Virus record (IMG/VR): IMGVR_UViG_3300030329_006602
Location: 12,332-76,331 of that record
From: a virus
Strand: one strand, 5' to 3'
Length of the DNA stretch: 64,000 nt
Of this stretch, positions 54,962 to 64,000 are shown piece by piece. Made by a program: the position numbers and the translations under genes. The notes beneath the pieces are model-generated. The model saw nothing but the letters and a program-made list of their open reading frames with translations. It was not told the DNA's origin and did not search any database. Position 1 is the stretch's first letter; each line of letters starts with the position of its first letter.

Positions 54962-56874
54962 TGAAGAAAAAAAAAGTTTTAATTCACAGTAATTACTACA
55001 GGGCATTTACTGGGTTTGGCAAGCATACTAAAAATTTATTGCAATACCTATACAAAACTGGAAAATACGACATAGTTCACCTAGCTAACGGCAAAAGCTG
55101 GTCCGATAAAGAGTTCGAGAACAGTCCATGGAAAACCATTGGGTCTCTACCCGATGATCCCGCACATTTAGCTCAACTAAATAGAGACCCCAACCTGGCG
55201 CGTTCCGCAGGATACGGTAGCGAGATGATAGATGAGGCAATAAAAACAGAAAAGCCAGATGTCTATATAGGTATCGAGGACATTTGGGGATTTAATGGGT
55301 ACTGGGATAAAAAATGGTGGAATAAACTTAACTGCATGATCTGGACAACACTAGATAGCCTACCCGTTCTACCAGACGCAGTAACCAATGCTCCCAAAAT
55401 AAAAAACTACTACGTGTGGGCCCCCTTTGCAATGAAGGCTCTACATAAGCTTGGACATCCCCACGTCCAAACCCTAAGAGGGAGCCTGGAGACCTCGCAT
55501 TTTTTCCGCCTAGAAGACCAACACCGCTTCTCTTTACGCCAAAGGCATCAAATAGACCCGTCACTTTTTTTAATAGGCTTTGTCTTTCGGAATCAACTAC
55601 GCAAGAGCGTCCCAAATCTACTAGATGGGTTCAAGGCCTTCACCCAAAGAAATCCAACGGCAAAATCAAAACTGCTTCTTCACACTCACTGGAGCGAGGG
55701 ATGGGACATTCCACGCCTACTTCAAGAAAAAGAGATAGATCCCTCCACTGTACTCACTACCTATTTTTGCAAAAATTGTAAACAGTACGAAATTAAACCA
55801 TTTTCGGGACAAGGACAAAACTGTCGCTTTTGCGGAGCAAAAGGAACGCAGGAGACCACAAATGTTGCACATGGCGTAAGCGAAAGCCAATTAAATGAAA
55901 TTTACAACCTAATGGATGTATACTGCCACCCCTTTACGAGCGGTGGGCAAGAAATCCCCATTCAGGAAGCCAAACTCACAGAGCTTATAACCCTCGCTAC
56001 CAACTATTCCTGCGGAGAAGATAGTGTCTCCCCAGAGAGCGGTGGGCTCCCGCTTGAATGGGCCGAATACCGCGAGCCAGGCACCCAATTCATCAAGGCT
56101 AGCACTTCGGCCAACAGCATTGCAAAGCAACTCGCAAAAGTACATAAACTCAAGCCAGATAGAAAAAGAGAACAGGAAAAAAAATCAAGACAGTATGTAT
56201 TAGACAATTATTCTATAGAAATTATCGGTAATGAGGTAGAGGAATTATTGGACTCGATGCCCTTTTGCGACTGGGACTTCGATTTTACAGAATCCCTACA
56301 ACATCCCGAATACATGCCCGCTGATATCTCGGATAACTCCAAGTGGATCACAGATCTCTACACTAATATTTTAGACCGTCCCGATGTAGGCGAAACTGAC
56401 GATGGCCACAAGCACTGGATGGAGAAACTCAAGGCTGGCATGCCTCGGGAACAAGTTCTTGCCTATTTCCGTCAAGTAGCGGCCCAACATAATGCAAAAA
56501 TACAAAACACTACCGCCTTCAAAGATCTTTTAGATAAAGATGACGAGGGAAGAAGAATTCTTGTTGTAATGGAGAAAAACGAAACAGATGTCGTCTTATC
56601 TACAGCCATTCTAAAGTCGCTAAAAAAACTTTACCCCGATTATAATCTATATTTTGCTACGCAACCTGAATTTTTTGAGCTATTAGACGAAAACCCCTAT
56701 ATTCATAAAGTTATTCAATATACCCCTCAAATGGATAATTTATTATACCTTGAAGGAGCAGGAGACAGGAAGGGATACTTCGAAATAGCCTTTCTTCCCG
56801 CCATTGGCTCTCAGAAAATTTTAAATTACCCACATAACACCAAAGATAAGATCGCCTACGAACTATGCATGTAG
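54961..56874 (+). CDS. Multidomain glycosyltransferase (GT4 + Zn ribbon + GT9-like N-domain)
   Basis: TGFG; RNQLRK; CKNC..CRFC; GGQEIPIQEA; RILVV..DVVL.TAIL.SLK..YP. Confidence 0.75.
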   Translation: MKKKKVLIHSNYYRAFTGFGKHTKNLLQYLYKTGKYDIVHLANGKSWSDKEFENSPWKTIGSLPDDPAHLAQLNRDPNLARSAGYGSEMIDEAIKTEKPDVYIGIEDIWGFNGYWDKKWWNKLNCMIWTTLDSLPVLPDAVTNAPKIKNYYVWAPFAMKALHKLGHPHVQTLRGSLETSHFFRLEDQHRFSLRQRHQIDPSLFLIGFVFRNQLRKSVPNLLDGFKAFTQRNPTAKSKLLLHTHWSEGWDIPRLLQEKEIDPSTVLTTYFCKNCKQYEIKPFSGQGQNCRFCGAKGTQETTNVAHGVSESQLNEIYNLMDVYCHPFTSGGQEIPIQEAKLTELITLATNYSCGEDSVSPESGGLPLEWAEYREPGTQFIKASTSANSIAKQLAKVHKLKPDRKREQEKKSRQYVLDNYSIEIIGNEVEELLDSMPFCDWDFDFTESLQHPEYMPADISDNSKWITDLYTNILDRPDVGETDDGHKHWMEKLKAGMPREQVLAYFRQVAAQHNAKIQNTTAFKDLLDKDDEGRRILVVMEKNETDVVLSTAILKSLKKLYPDYNLYFATQPEFFELLDENPYIHKVIQYTPQMDNLLYLEGAGDRKGYFEIAFLPAIGSQKILNYPHNTKDKIAYELCM

Positions 56875-58022
56875 TAGAACAGTATGCCCTAGCCTGCGGC
56901 GCCCAGATCTCACCGCCGATTGCGCCCATCTCCTATCTCCCCATTCCCTTTAATAGATATATAGCCGTATCTTCCTCCGCAGAAGTAAATAGCAAGAAGT
57001 ACGACCACTACCCAGAAGTAATGGACCTCATACATCCCTTTTTAAAGGAACAAGGCATCGAAATCGTCCAAATTGGACATAAGGATGACCCCCCTTTAAA
57101 AAATGCCCACCAGTTTCTTGGAACCACTAAAAAGCATATAAATTATATCGTTAAAGGAACGGAATTAGTGCTTTCCAACGATTTTTACACTAGCCATATA
57201 GCTTCAATCTTTGATAAAAAACTAGTAACCCTCTTTAGCCCCCTTTATAAAGAGACCTCTAAGCCCTTCTGGGGCGCGCCAGAGAATCAATTCCTTATCG
57301 AAAGTCATCGCAACGGGGAAAAACCCTCTTTTGTGGGGGACGAGAAAGATTACAAAAGAATAAACCTAATCCACCCCGAAGTTATCGCAAAAGGGCTGCT
57401 AAATTTATTAAATATCCCCCATGATCTCGATAGCATAGAGACCCTACATATGGGACAGTACTTCTCTACCCCAATTATTGAAGTCGTCCCAGATTGCGAC
57501 CCCGATCCAAACCTATACAACGCGGCAGCAATCAATATTCGCTTAGATTTAAACTTTGACCCCGAATTAATGACGAGATGGGCTTTTAACCGAAAGCTAA
57601 ACATCATAACCGATCAAAAAATAGACAGAAAATATCTAGATATCATCCGCCCTCACGTGGCACAGGTAATGTTTAAAGTTTCTAAGGATATTTCCTCAGA
57701 TGACATTAGAGAGCTCCAAGAAGGGGGTTATCAAACGTATCTTTGCAGTAAAGAGCGGGCCAATATTACCGACATAAGGCTCAACCTAATAGATTGGGAT
57801 ATTAACCTAGAAAAAGAAAAAGAAAAAAAAGATCTTGACAATGCTTCCAAAATATGCGATAATACATACTTCAAAAGCTCGAAAACCATGACTTCCAAAA
57901 ATAAACACTACTCCTCTCTTGCCTCATATAAGGCTGGAGTAGAAAAGCATGAAAATGAAAAAATTATTGATAGTCCCGAATTCTGGAGCGAGCTAGACTA
58001 CCTTAGAATCTACAATAAATAA
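56865..58022 (+). CDS. GT9-like C-terminal domain protein
   Basis: H.VE.Y; K.Y; IVQIG; ND...HIA..F.K..V.LF. Confidence 0.6.
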   Translation: MHVVEQYALACGAQISPPIAPISYLPIPFNRYIAVSSSAEVNSKKYDHYPEVMDLIHPFLKEQGIEIVQIGHKDDPPLKNAHQFLGTTKKHINYIVKGTELVLSNDFYTSHIASIFDKKLVTLFSPLYKETSKPFWGAPENQFLIESHRNGEKPSFVGDEKDYKRINLIHPEVIAKGLLNLLNIPHDLDSIETLHMGQYFSTPIIEVVPDCDPDPNLYNAAAINIRLDLNFDPELMTRWAFNRKLNIITDQKIDRKYLDIIRPHVAQVMFKVSKDISSDDIRELQEGGYQTYLCSKERANITDIRLNLIDWDINLEKEKEKKDLDNASKICDNTYFKSSKTMTSKNKHYSSLASYKAGVEKHENEKIIDSPEFWSELDYLRIYNK

Positions 58023-58756
58023 TGGGAAGACCGCCAAAAGCCAAGGGTCCAAGTCTCTACGTAAGAGATGAGCACGGACTCCTTAACCAAAAAGTCGTAA
58101 GTTATGAATTTAACGACGATGGCTCCGTGAATTGGCGCGCCATGATCAAGGAAGAGCATTTATTCCCCAATAGAAGCTGGTTTGAGGCACGAGGAAAGGA
58201 CATTCCCACCTCAATTGAAGGACTCGGGGACCATCAACTTCTTATTAAATTAAGCGGAATCAAGGAACTGGCGCGCCTTCGGGGATTTAAGTCAGTTTAC
58301 TATAACGTAGAGAAATGCGAACAGGATCATGTTGCGGTAACTTGTGAAATTTCCTGGACTCCCAATTATGAAACAGGAGGTGAGGCAGTGTCCTTTTGCG
58401 ATATGGCCAATGCCACCTTGGATAACACTAGCAGTTTTGCGACTAAATTTTTAGAAACAATAGCGTGCAACCGCGCCTTTGTTAGATGTGTCAGAAACTT
58501 TCTGAATGTACATATCGTGGGAGATGATGAGATCGATAAGTCGGGAAAACCCGCCAAGGCCTCCACCTCTTCCCCGCTTTCTCCTCATGGAATGCTAGAA
58601 AAGCAATTCGAATCTTTCGAGGATTTTAAGTCCAAGCTTCGTGTTTTCTGGAAAGATGACACTTATCGCAATGAAGATGCCGCCGCATGGCAATCGTTCA
58701 AAGATATACCCCCAAAAGAAGCGCGTATCCTACTAAAGCTAGTTAAGTCAATTTAA
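58022..58756 (+). CDS. Rad52/Sak-like single-strand annealing protein
   Basis: G..ELA; A.AT..N; ETIA.NRA.VR.VR..L..G.DE. Confidence 0.55.
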   Translation: MGRPPKAKGPSLYVRDEHGLLNQKVVSYEFNDDGSVNWRAMIKEEHLFPNRSWFEARGKDIPTSIEGLGDHQLLIKLSGIKELARLRGFKSVYYNVEKCEQDHVAVTCEISWTPNYETGGEAVSFCDMANATLDNTSSFATKFLETIACNRAFVRCVRNFLNVHIVGDDEIDKSGKPAKASTSSPLSPHGMLEKQFESFEDFKSKLRVFWKDDTYRNEDAAAWQSFKDIPPKEARILLKLVKSI

Positions 58757-58811
58757 TTTTTTAAATAGACCCCCTTTCCGTGTATTATAGTACAGGGTAT
58801 ACGGAAAGAAA

Positions 58812-61800
58812 ATGGCAGTAGGAAAAACTATAAATTTAAATTTCCAACATGCATGTTATTGTAATGTTGCGTCTAACTATGGTTTTGTTCAGGTGGGCTC
58901 AGAGCCTGCTGGAGGTAGGGAGCCCGAATGGTCTATAGGACTGGGCGCTCTGGCGCTATCTCCCTACTATTCCATAGGAAGCCCTTATGATGGACCTAAC
59001 TTTGCTGCCCCTACCCTCAAACTACTAACCTTACGAACGTCAACCTTGGCGGGTTATGAGGTCGGCGAAATTGCCGACAAAATGGCAGAGGATGAAAATG
59101 TCTTAGCTGAAAATTGCGGCTTAAGCAACAACGCCCGAAGACACGGGAAATATGCCCCATTTTTAGTTCCCCTAGAACGAGGAGGGGAGGGAAAGTGGCT
59201 AACGGACTCTGACGGAGAGGGAACTAATTGGTCTATAACTAACGTGGGGGGGATGATGGTAGACTTCAATACCGCCGACCTTTACACCCAACCCCAGGGA
59301 TCTTATTTTGCGGGTTACGAAATTTTTGGAAGAGTAGAGCATGACCTAGGGCCATCCCCGTGTTCATCTTGCGGTCCACTTGATGGAATACAATTACTAG
59401 AGGGTCCATGGAACGCTAACCTCCAAACTCCCCCCCGTATTCTCGGAAAAGGGTGGGCTGACATAGCTCAAGATAACCCAAAGGTTTATGGACAATCCGA
59501 AATATATTGGAACTGGCCGAATTTAACCAGTCCCAAGGGGAACACTGCAGGCACAGTGACGATAGGAACCCTGGAAAGTGAAGAGGAGAGTTACTCATGG
59601 ACAGAAAACCTCATACGCCCCCTTCCTGGAGCGCCCATAAAATTTCAAACCATTCCGTTCTGTTACGAAAGCTGTGAGCGCGCCTACTCACCCGAACCAT
59701 CATCCTATCTTTCGGCAAAAGAAATTCCCAATAAGCCCCTTTATAAAAACGGCTACTTTCATTCCTTAGTAAGCGACCCTGTTTTTTATAGGTATAGAGA
59801 GGGGTCGGCTGGGGCCAGCTATGACGACAGCAACAAAGATTCCCAACAGGAATGGCTACCCCATCACAACACCAATATAGTGTTAAGGGCTGAAGATCCC
59901 AGAAAAAACGATAGTTGCGTGGCACCTTATCCAGGCTTAGCCGTAGGGTCAAAAAAGCTGGTTTGTTCGGGGGCGGGCGGGGATTACGTAGGAGATTGGC
60001 GCGCCAATTTAGCAAACGAGAGCGGGGTGGCAGAATATAGAGTTACATATGGCTTTGATGATGAGGGAAATTTTGGACCTTTATGTAGTGAAAAGGGGGG
60101 TGGAGTCGGTTGCGTCGTTCCAGACCCTTGTCCTGACTGCAATAAGTTTATGCCGCGAGTGGGGTACGGGGCTTCCTATACAGACGTAGTTAGCTATCAA
60201 AACTGCTGTTGGGAAACCACTGACTGGGCCCAAGTTAACGGGGGAACCGTGGGAGCATGGAACAAGGAGGGAAAGTGGGTACCTGTAGACTGCGATACTC
60301 TCCCCTGCGCATCTACAGCCACAAAGATAGGCGATATTCAACATTTACCCCCAGGAGAAGCGTTTTATTGTGACGCCGCCGTGTACGAAGGCAGCCCCTG
60401 TCCAAGCACGGACAATTTAAAACCCCTGTGGAAATTAATTCCCAATTGCACATACATTCCAGATAAAACTCAGTACGACATCGGCCAAGTCACTTTCGGT
60501 GAAGGCCTCACTGTTTCAGTAGGCGAGCCTATGAGAGGAAAAAGTTATCTCGGCGATTGGGACAAGAAGACAGAGTATAGCGCGGGGAATATAGTTACCT
60601 ATAAGCCATCTGACCGAAGCGACGACGAAGATCCTTTATACTATAAGTCACGAAAAAATGGCAACAAGGACAATGAGCCAAAACCGAGAGACGAATATTA
60701 TACTTATCATACAGAAGAAACCTTAGCGGATAGTGATGGCTCGGAGCTAGAAACTCAACTAGTCAAACAGGACTACGACGAATGGTGGGAGTTGGCCTGC
60801 GAGAAAATCTATACCACCATGGAAGTTTCCGCTCCCTGTACTTCCACAACCTCCACCATCTCAGTGTCAGGAGGATACTTTGGCTGTGACCCAAATATTA
60901 CCGAACTCGAAGAAGAAGAAAGTCTTAAGTCGGGAGACGTCAGGAAATGGAAAGGGCAAGTCTATAAAGCTCTATCCAGTTTCAGTGCGTATCCCTCCTA
61001 CCTCCCTGGTGTGGGAGGAGATTGGGAGGCCTATACTCCTAATTTCTGCGCCACCTCCAAGATTAATCTTGGTTCGGGATTATATTTTGACTACGGAACA
61101 ACCCCTGGAAGTTGCAATTACCCAAATAATCCCTGCGACGAAGGCCCATCAGATGATAGCTGTTGTTATGGTGACTGCTCAGAGACCAGCACGATAACTC
61201 TCCGCTCCCACCAAATGGGCATTAAAGGGTACGATTGCGAGGGTAATAGCGTAGCCTGCCATGTCCCTGATTGCATAGAATTCAAAATAAGCGACTTTGC
61301 CGTTAGAGAAATTCCCGTTACTGGTGCCGAATGCAAGACAACCATGATTTGTTCGGCTGGAGGCTTCTCTCTTTCTGGAACTACTGGAAAATGCCAAGAT
61401 GCTTCGGGAGCGGTGGGAGTAAGTTTTAGTCAAGTTAGCGATCTGCGACTGGGAGAGGGTCTTTATATCGAAGGATATGATTCGGACCAGTATCCCGCAT
61501 GGACCCCTGAATTAGGCACCTCTGATAGCCTTCGCGTAGGCTCTAGAGTGAGGTATGATGGAAAATGCTGGGAAGCAATTGCGTCAAGCGTAGATGACGA
61601 GGATTACTTCAATACAGGGCAATATGGCGGCTCAGGATGGTCCTCTATAGCTTGCCCCGATTGCTGCTCGGGCGGCGGCTACTTAACTATTGGCGCCGAA
61701 GTAATGGGTATTTCAGTTAGCGGTTATCATGTCAGCGGATCGGGCTGTGGTACCTCTGGAGCGACCCCAACTAATTATGTCAATATCAGAAATTTTCGCT

Positions 61801-64000
61801 TGGGTGGCGGCCTTTTCATTGATAATACTGCTTCCCTGAGCGGGTCTGATCCTTGCGATCCCACAGGTTACGTTACCCTCACGGCCGCAGGGACTTCCAG
61901 CTATGCTTCAGGAGTAGATTGTAGATATCCTGAAAGCCTTTCTTCGGTGGAGGGAAAAACGACTGGAACGATATATAATACAGGCGATTTTGGCATATTC
62001 TTTGACGACAATTGCCTCACCCACGTTAAGACTAAAGGAATTACCATAACAGGGAGCCTTACTCCTGATTGTAGTGGAAGCAGCGCTTATGGGCGCACCA
62101 TCTCCAGTATTAAGGAACTACGCCTAGGGAATGGACTTTATATTGAAAGCACCTCTAAAAGCGTGCCCGAAGAAGCTGGGGGTTGGTGTATGGATGATTA
62201 TGTTCAAATCGCCACGTCGCCATCCCGCGTAACCATCTCGGGAACGGACTGCATTGGGGAGGCCCAAAATACAGAGGCAACGGGAATTAACTTTAATACT
62301 TCTGATTTCTGTATTAGTGCCGATGATGACTGCGAGGCCACTATTAGCGCCAAACCCCAATTTATTAGTGTTGTAGGACCCACTGGGGACTGCTGCGATA
62401 CCAACTCCGTCTATCCGACTTGTGTACCTGGGTCAACTTACGATATAGGGGACAAAGTGACCGCTTCTGACGGTAAGTGCTATGAGGCAAACACGTGGAC
62501 AGAAGCCTGTCCTGATGAATACGCTCCCGATTGGACTGAAATTTCCTGTCCAGACAACCCCACCCAGTCCCTTGACGGCATTAAGCAATTAATATTAGGT
62601 AGGGGGCTAAAATTAGGAAACTATAATAGCGCTAGTACCGAATGTTGCACGGGAACGGGGGGATACGCCACCCTGGAGAGTTGTGTGCCTCTAATTTCTG
62701 GAGTAAATTGTCTAGGAAGCAGTATAGACTGTACCCCCTTCGAGTGCCTTTCCTTTAAAGAAGGGGACTTCTGTATTGAAACGGGGACTGATTGCCAGTT
62801 TTCAGTAGGAGTAAAAGGTTTTACTTTAAGCGGGGCCACAGGCACAGGTTGTTGCGAAAGTAACATTAACGGGGTAAGCATTCCAGGAGTAAAGGACTGG
62901 AGACTTGGCAACGGACTGTATCTCTCCAACTATACTACAGGTGCCTGCTGTTCAGGTAACTATGCAACCATCAATGCGCGGCAGCAAATTAATATATCAG
63001 GTGCCGACTGCGGTGGCACGGAACAGGATTCCTGTATCACTGGGCTAAATTTCAACACTGGAGATTTTTGCGTCGATATAAACGATGAATGCGACGGGAC
63101 TATTCGTACCAAAGGCTGGGCTATTAGCGGACCAACAGGAATCCCATGCACAGGGACATCTAGCGAGGGAAGTGTAGAGATCGAAGGGGTCAAGGACTTA
63201 CGTCTGGGCGACGGCCTTTATATTAGCGAATATAGCTCTTCCCCGTGCTGTGAGGGAAATTATGCTACGATAAATTCTTCCGCCTCCAAGATAACAGGAA
63301 TGAACTGCTCGGGGATTGGAGTCAGCGCCACAGGCGCTACTCTTAAGTTCGACCCCTCTTCCTTTATTACCTCTCTAGATGCCGATTGCGTCGCCACCAT
63401 AACCAATAAGGGAGCCTTGGACATTTCAGGTAATTCGGGCGACTCCCCCCTCAGTGCCTCTAATATTAAGGAAATTCGCTTTGGCTCAGGAATAGATATT
63501 GCAGACACAGGACTTTTGAGTGATGGCTGCAGCTCCTATGTAACCATTACTTCCTCTGGTTCAACGGGAGCGGGTGGTACTGGATGCTCGAAGTCCGTAT
63601 CGGAATATTGGGCTGGTGGCCAATATTGGAGCCCTTCAGATTGCGACGGTACCCTCCACATATCAGGCTGTAGCGGAATATCTACCTCTATTGATACCAA
63701 TGGAGTTCTTTCCGTTTGCTATACAGGTTCAGGAAATAGTGGTTGTACGGGAGCAATTACCACTATCAGAGGGGGAGACTCCACCTTATGGAGTGCTTCT
63801 GGATGTAATGCAACCCTCAGCGTTACGGGCTGTAGCGGTATATCTACGACCATAGACGAGAGTGGAGTTCTTTCTATTTGCTATACAGGAACGGGAGCGG
63901 GTGGTACTGGATGCTCGAAGTCCGTATCGGAATATTGGGCTGGTGGCCAATATTGGAGCCCTTCAGATTGCGATGGTACCCTCCACATATCAGGCTGTAG
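58812..64000 (+). CDS. Giant Cys-rich repetitive virion/adhesin-like protein, >1,729 aa (partial; absent from ORF track)
   Basis: Open from ATG 58812 in every segment translated and in the same frame at window end; CBM5/12-like modules; LRLG.GLYI repeats. Confidence 0.8.
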   Translation, partial: MAVGKTINLNFQHACYCNVASNYGFVQVGSEPAGGREPEWSIGLGALALSPYYSIGSPYDGPNFAAPTLKLLTLRTSTLAGYEVGEIADKMAEDENVLAENCGLSNNARRHGKYAPFLVPLERGGEGKWLTDSDGEGTNWSITNVGGMMVDFNTADLYTQPQGSYFAGYEIFGRVEHDLGPSPCSSCGPLDGIQLLEGPWNANLQTPPRILGKGWADIAQDNPKVYGQSEIYWNWPNLTSPKGNTAGTVTIGTLESEEESYSWTENLIRPLPGAPIKFQTIPFCYESCERAYSPEPSSYLSAKEIPNKPLYKNGYFHSLVSDPVFYRYREGSAGASYDDSNKDSQQEWLPHHNTNIVLRAEDPRKNDSCVAPYPGLAVGSKKLVCSGAGGDYVGDWRANLANESGVAEYRVTYGFDDEGNFGPLCSEKGGGVGCVVPDPCPDCNKFMPRVGYGASYTDVVSYQNCCWETTDWAQVNGGTVGAWNKEGKWVPVDCDTLPCASTATKIGDIQHLPPGEAFYCDAAVYEGSPCPSTDNLKPLWKLIPNCTYIPDKTQYDIGQVTFGEGLTVSVGEPMRGKSYLGDWDKKTEYSAGNIVTYKPSDRSDDEDPLYYKSRKNGNKDNEPKPRDEYYTYHTEETLADSDGSELETQLVKQDYDEWWELACEKIYTTMEVSAPCTSTTSTISVSGGYFGCDPNITELEEEESLKSGDVRKWKGQVYKALSSFSAYPSYLPGVGGDWEAYTPNFCATSKINLGSGLYFDYGTTPGSCNYPNNPCDEGPSDDSCCYGDCSETSTITLRSHQMGIKGYDCEGNSVACHVPDCIEFKISDFAVREIPVTGAECKTTMICSAGGFSLSGTTGKCQDASGAVGVSFSQVSDLRLGEGLYIEGYDSDQYPAWTPELGTSDSLRVGSRVRYDGKCWEAIASSVDDEDYFNTGQYGGSGWSSIACPDCCSGGGYLTIGAEVMGISVSGYHVSGSGCGTSGATPTNYVNIRNFRLGGGLFIDNTASLSGSDPCDPTGYVTLTAAGTSSYASGVDCRYPESLSSVEGKTTGTIYNTGDFGIFFDDNCLTHVKTKGITITGSLTPDCSGSSAYGRTISSIKELRLGNGLYIESTSKSVPEEAGGWCMDDYVQIATSPSRVTISGTDCIGEAQNTEATGINFNTSDFCISADDDCEATISAKPQFISVVGPTGDCCDTNSVYPTCVPGSTYDIGDKVTASDGKCYEANTWTEACPDEYAPDWTEISCPDNPTQSLDGIKQLILGRGLKLGNYNSASTECCTGTGGYATLESCVPLISGVNCLGSSIDCTPFECLSFKEGDFCIETGTDCQFSVGVKGFTLSGATGTGCCESNINGVSIPGVKDWRLGNGLYLSNYTTGACCSGNYATINARQQINISGADCGGTEQDSCITGLNFNTGDFCVDINDECDGTIRTKGWAISGPTGIPCTGTSSEGSVEIEGVKDLRLGDGLYISEYSSSPCCEGNYATINSSASKITGMNCSGIGVSATGATLKFDPSSFITSLDADCVATITNKGALDISGNSGDSPLSASNIKEIRFGSGIDIADTGLLSDGCSSYVTITSSGSTGAGGTGCSKSVSEYWAGGQYWSPSDCDGTLHISGCSGISTSIDTNGVLSVCYTGSGNSGCTGAITTIRGGDSTLWSASGCNATLSVTGCSGISTTIDESGVLSICYTGTGAGGTGCSKSVSEYWAGGQYWSPSDCDGTLHISGC
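63563..64000 (+). repeat. Near-identical in-frame direct repeat (63563-63673 vs 63890-64000), 327-bp offset
   Basis: 111 nt with a single synonymous difference (GAC/GAT). Confidence 0.9.

Noticed and set aside
59054-63855. Short track ORFs and an apparent non-coding or recoded region
   Set aside because: Explained by one long plus-strand ORF lacking a stop within the window; standard code gives dense packing throughout
63563-64000. DGR template/variable repeat pair
   Set aside because: Only one synonymous C/T difference, no adenine-specific variation, and no reverse transcriptase in the window

Overview
This window reads as 64 kb of a large dsDNA tailed-phage genome in the standard genetic code. 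There are no rRNA or ribosomal-protein genes, and the host cannot be determined from this window. Layout: (1) 1-7 kb, minus strand: replication/recombination block (PD-(D/E)XK exonuclease, primase, DnaB, endonuclease, RecA/UvsX), a complete tmRNA and PhoH. (2) 7-12.4 kb: probable late/virion genes. (3) 12.4-47.9 kb: a ~35 kb, ~40-gene glycan synthesis and modification island (Gmd/Fcl, RmlB/C/D-like, RfbH, heptose-type enzymes, many GT families, sulfo- and methyltransferases). (4) 48.3-58.8 kb, mostly plus strand: dNMP kinase, sigma-like factor, DUF3127, GT4/GT9-like and Rad52-like genes. (5) 58.8 kb to the end: a >1,700-aa Cys-rich virion-type protein with chitin-binding-like modules, missing from the ORF track. 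Most notable: an apparently split GDPH (Asp-Pro autoprocessing, VWD-like) module; a tmRNA with a 33-aa strongly basic tag; a phage-specific GTGTA promoter motif with near-leaderless transcripts; and hairpins that would mask start regions on read-through RNA. All family calls come from motif recognition only; no searches were run.
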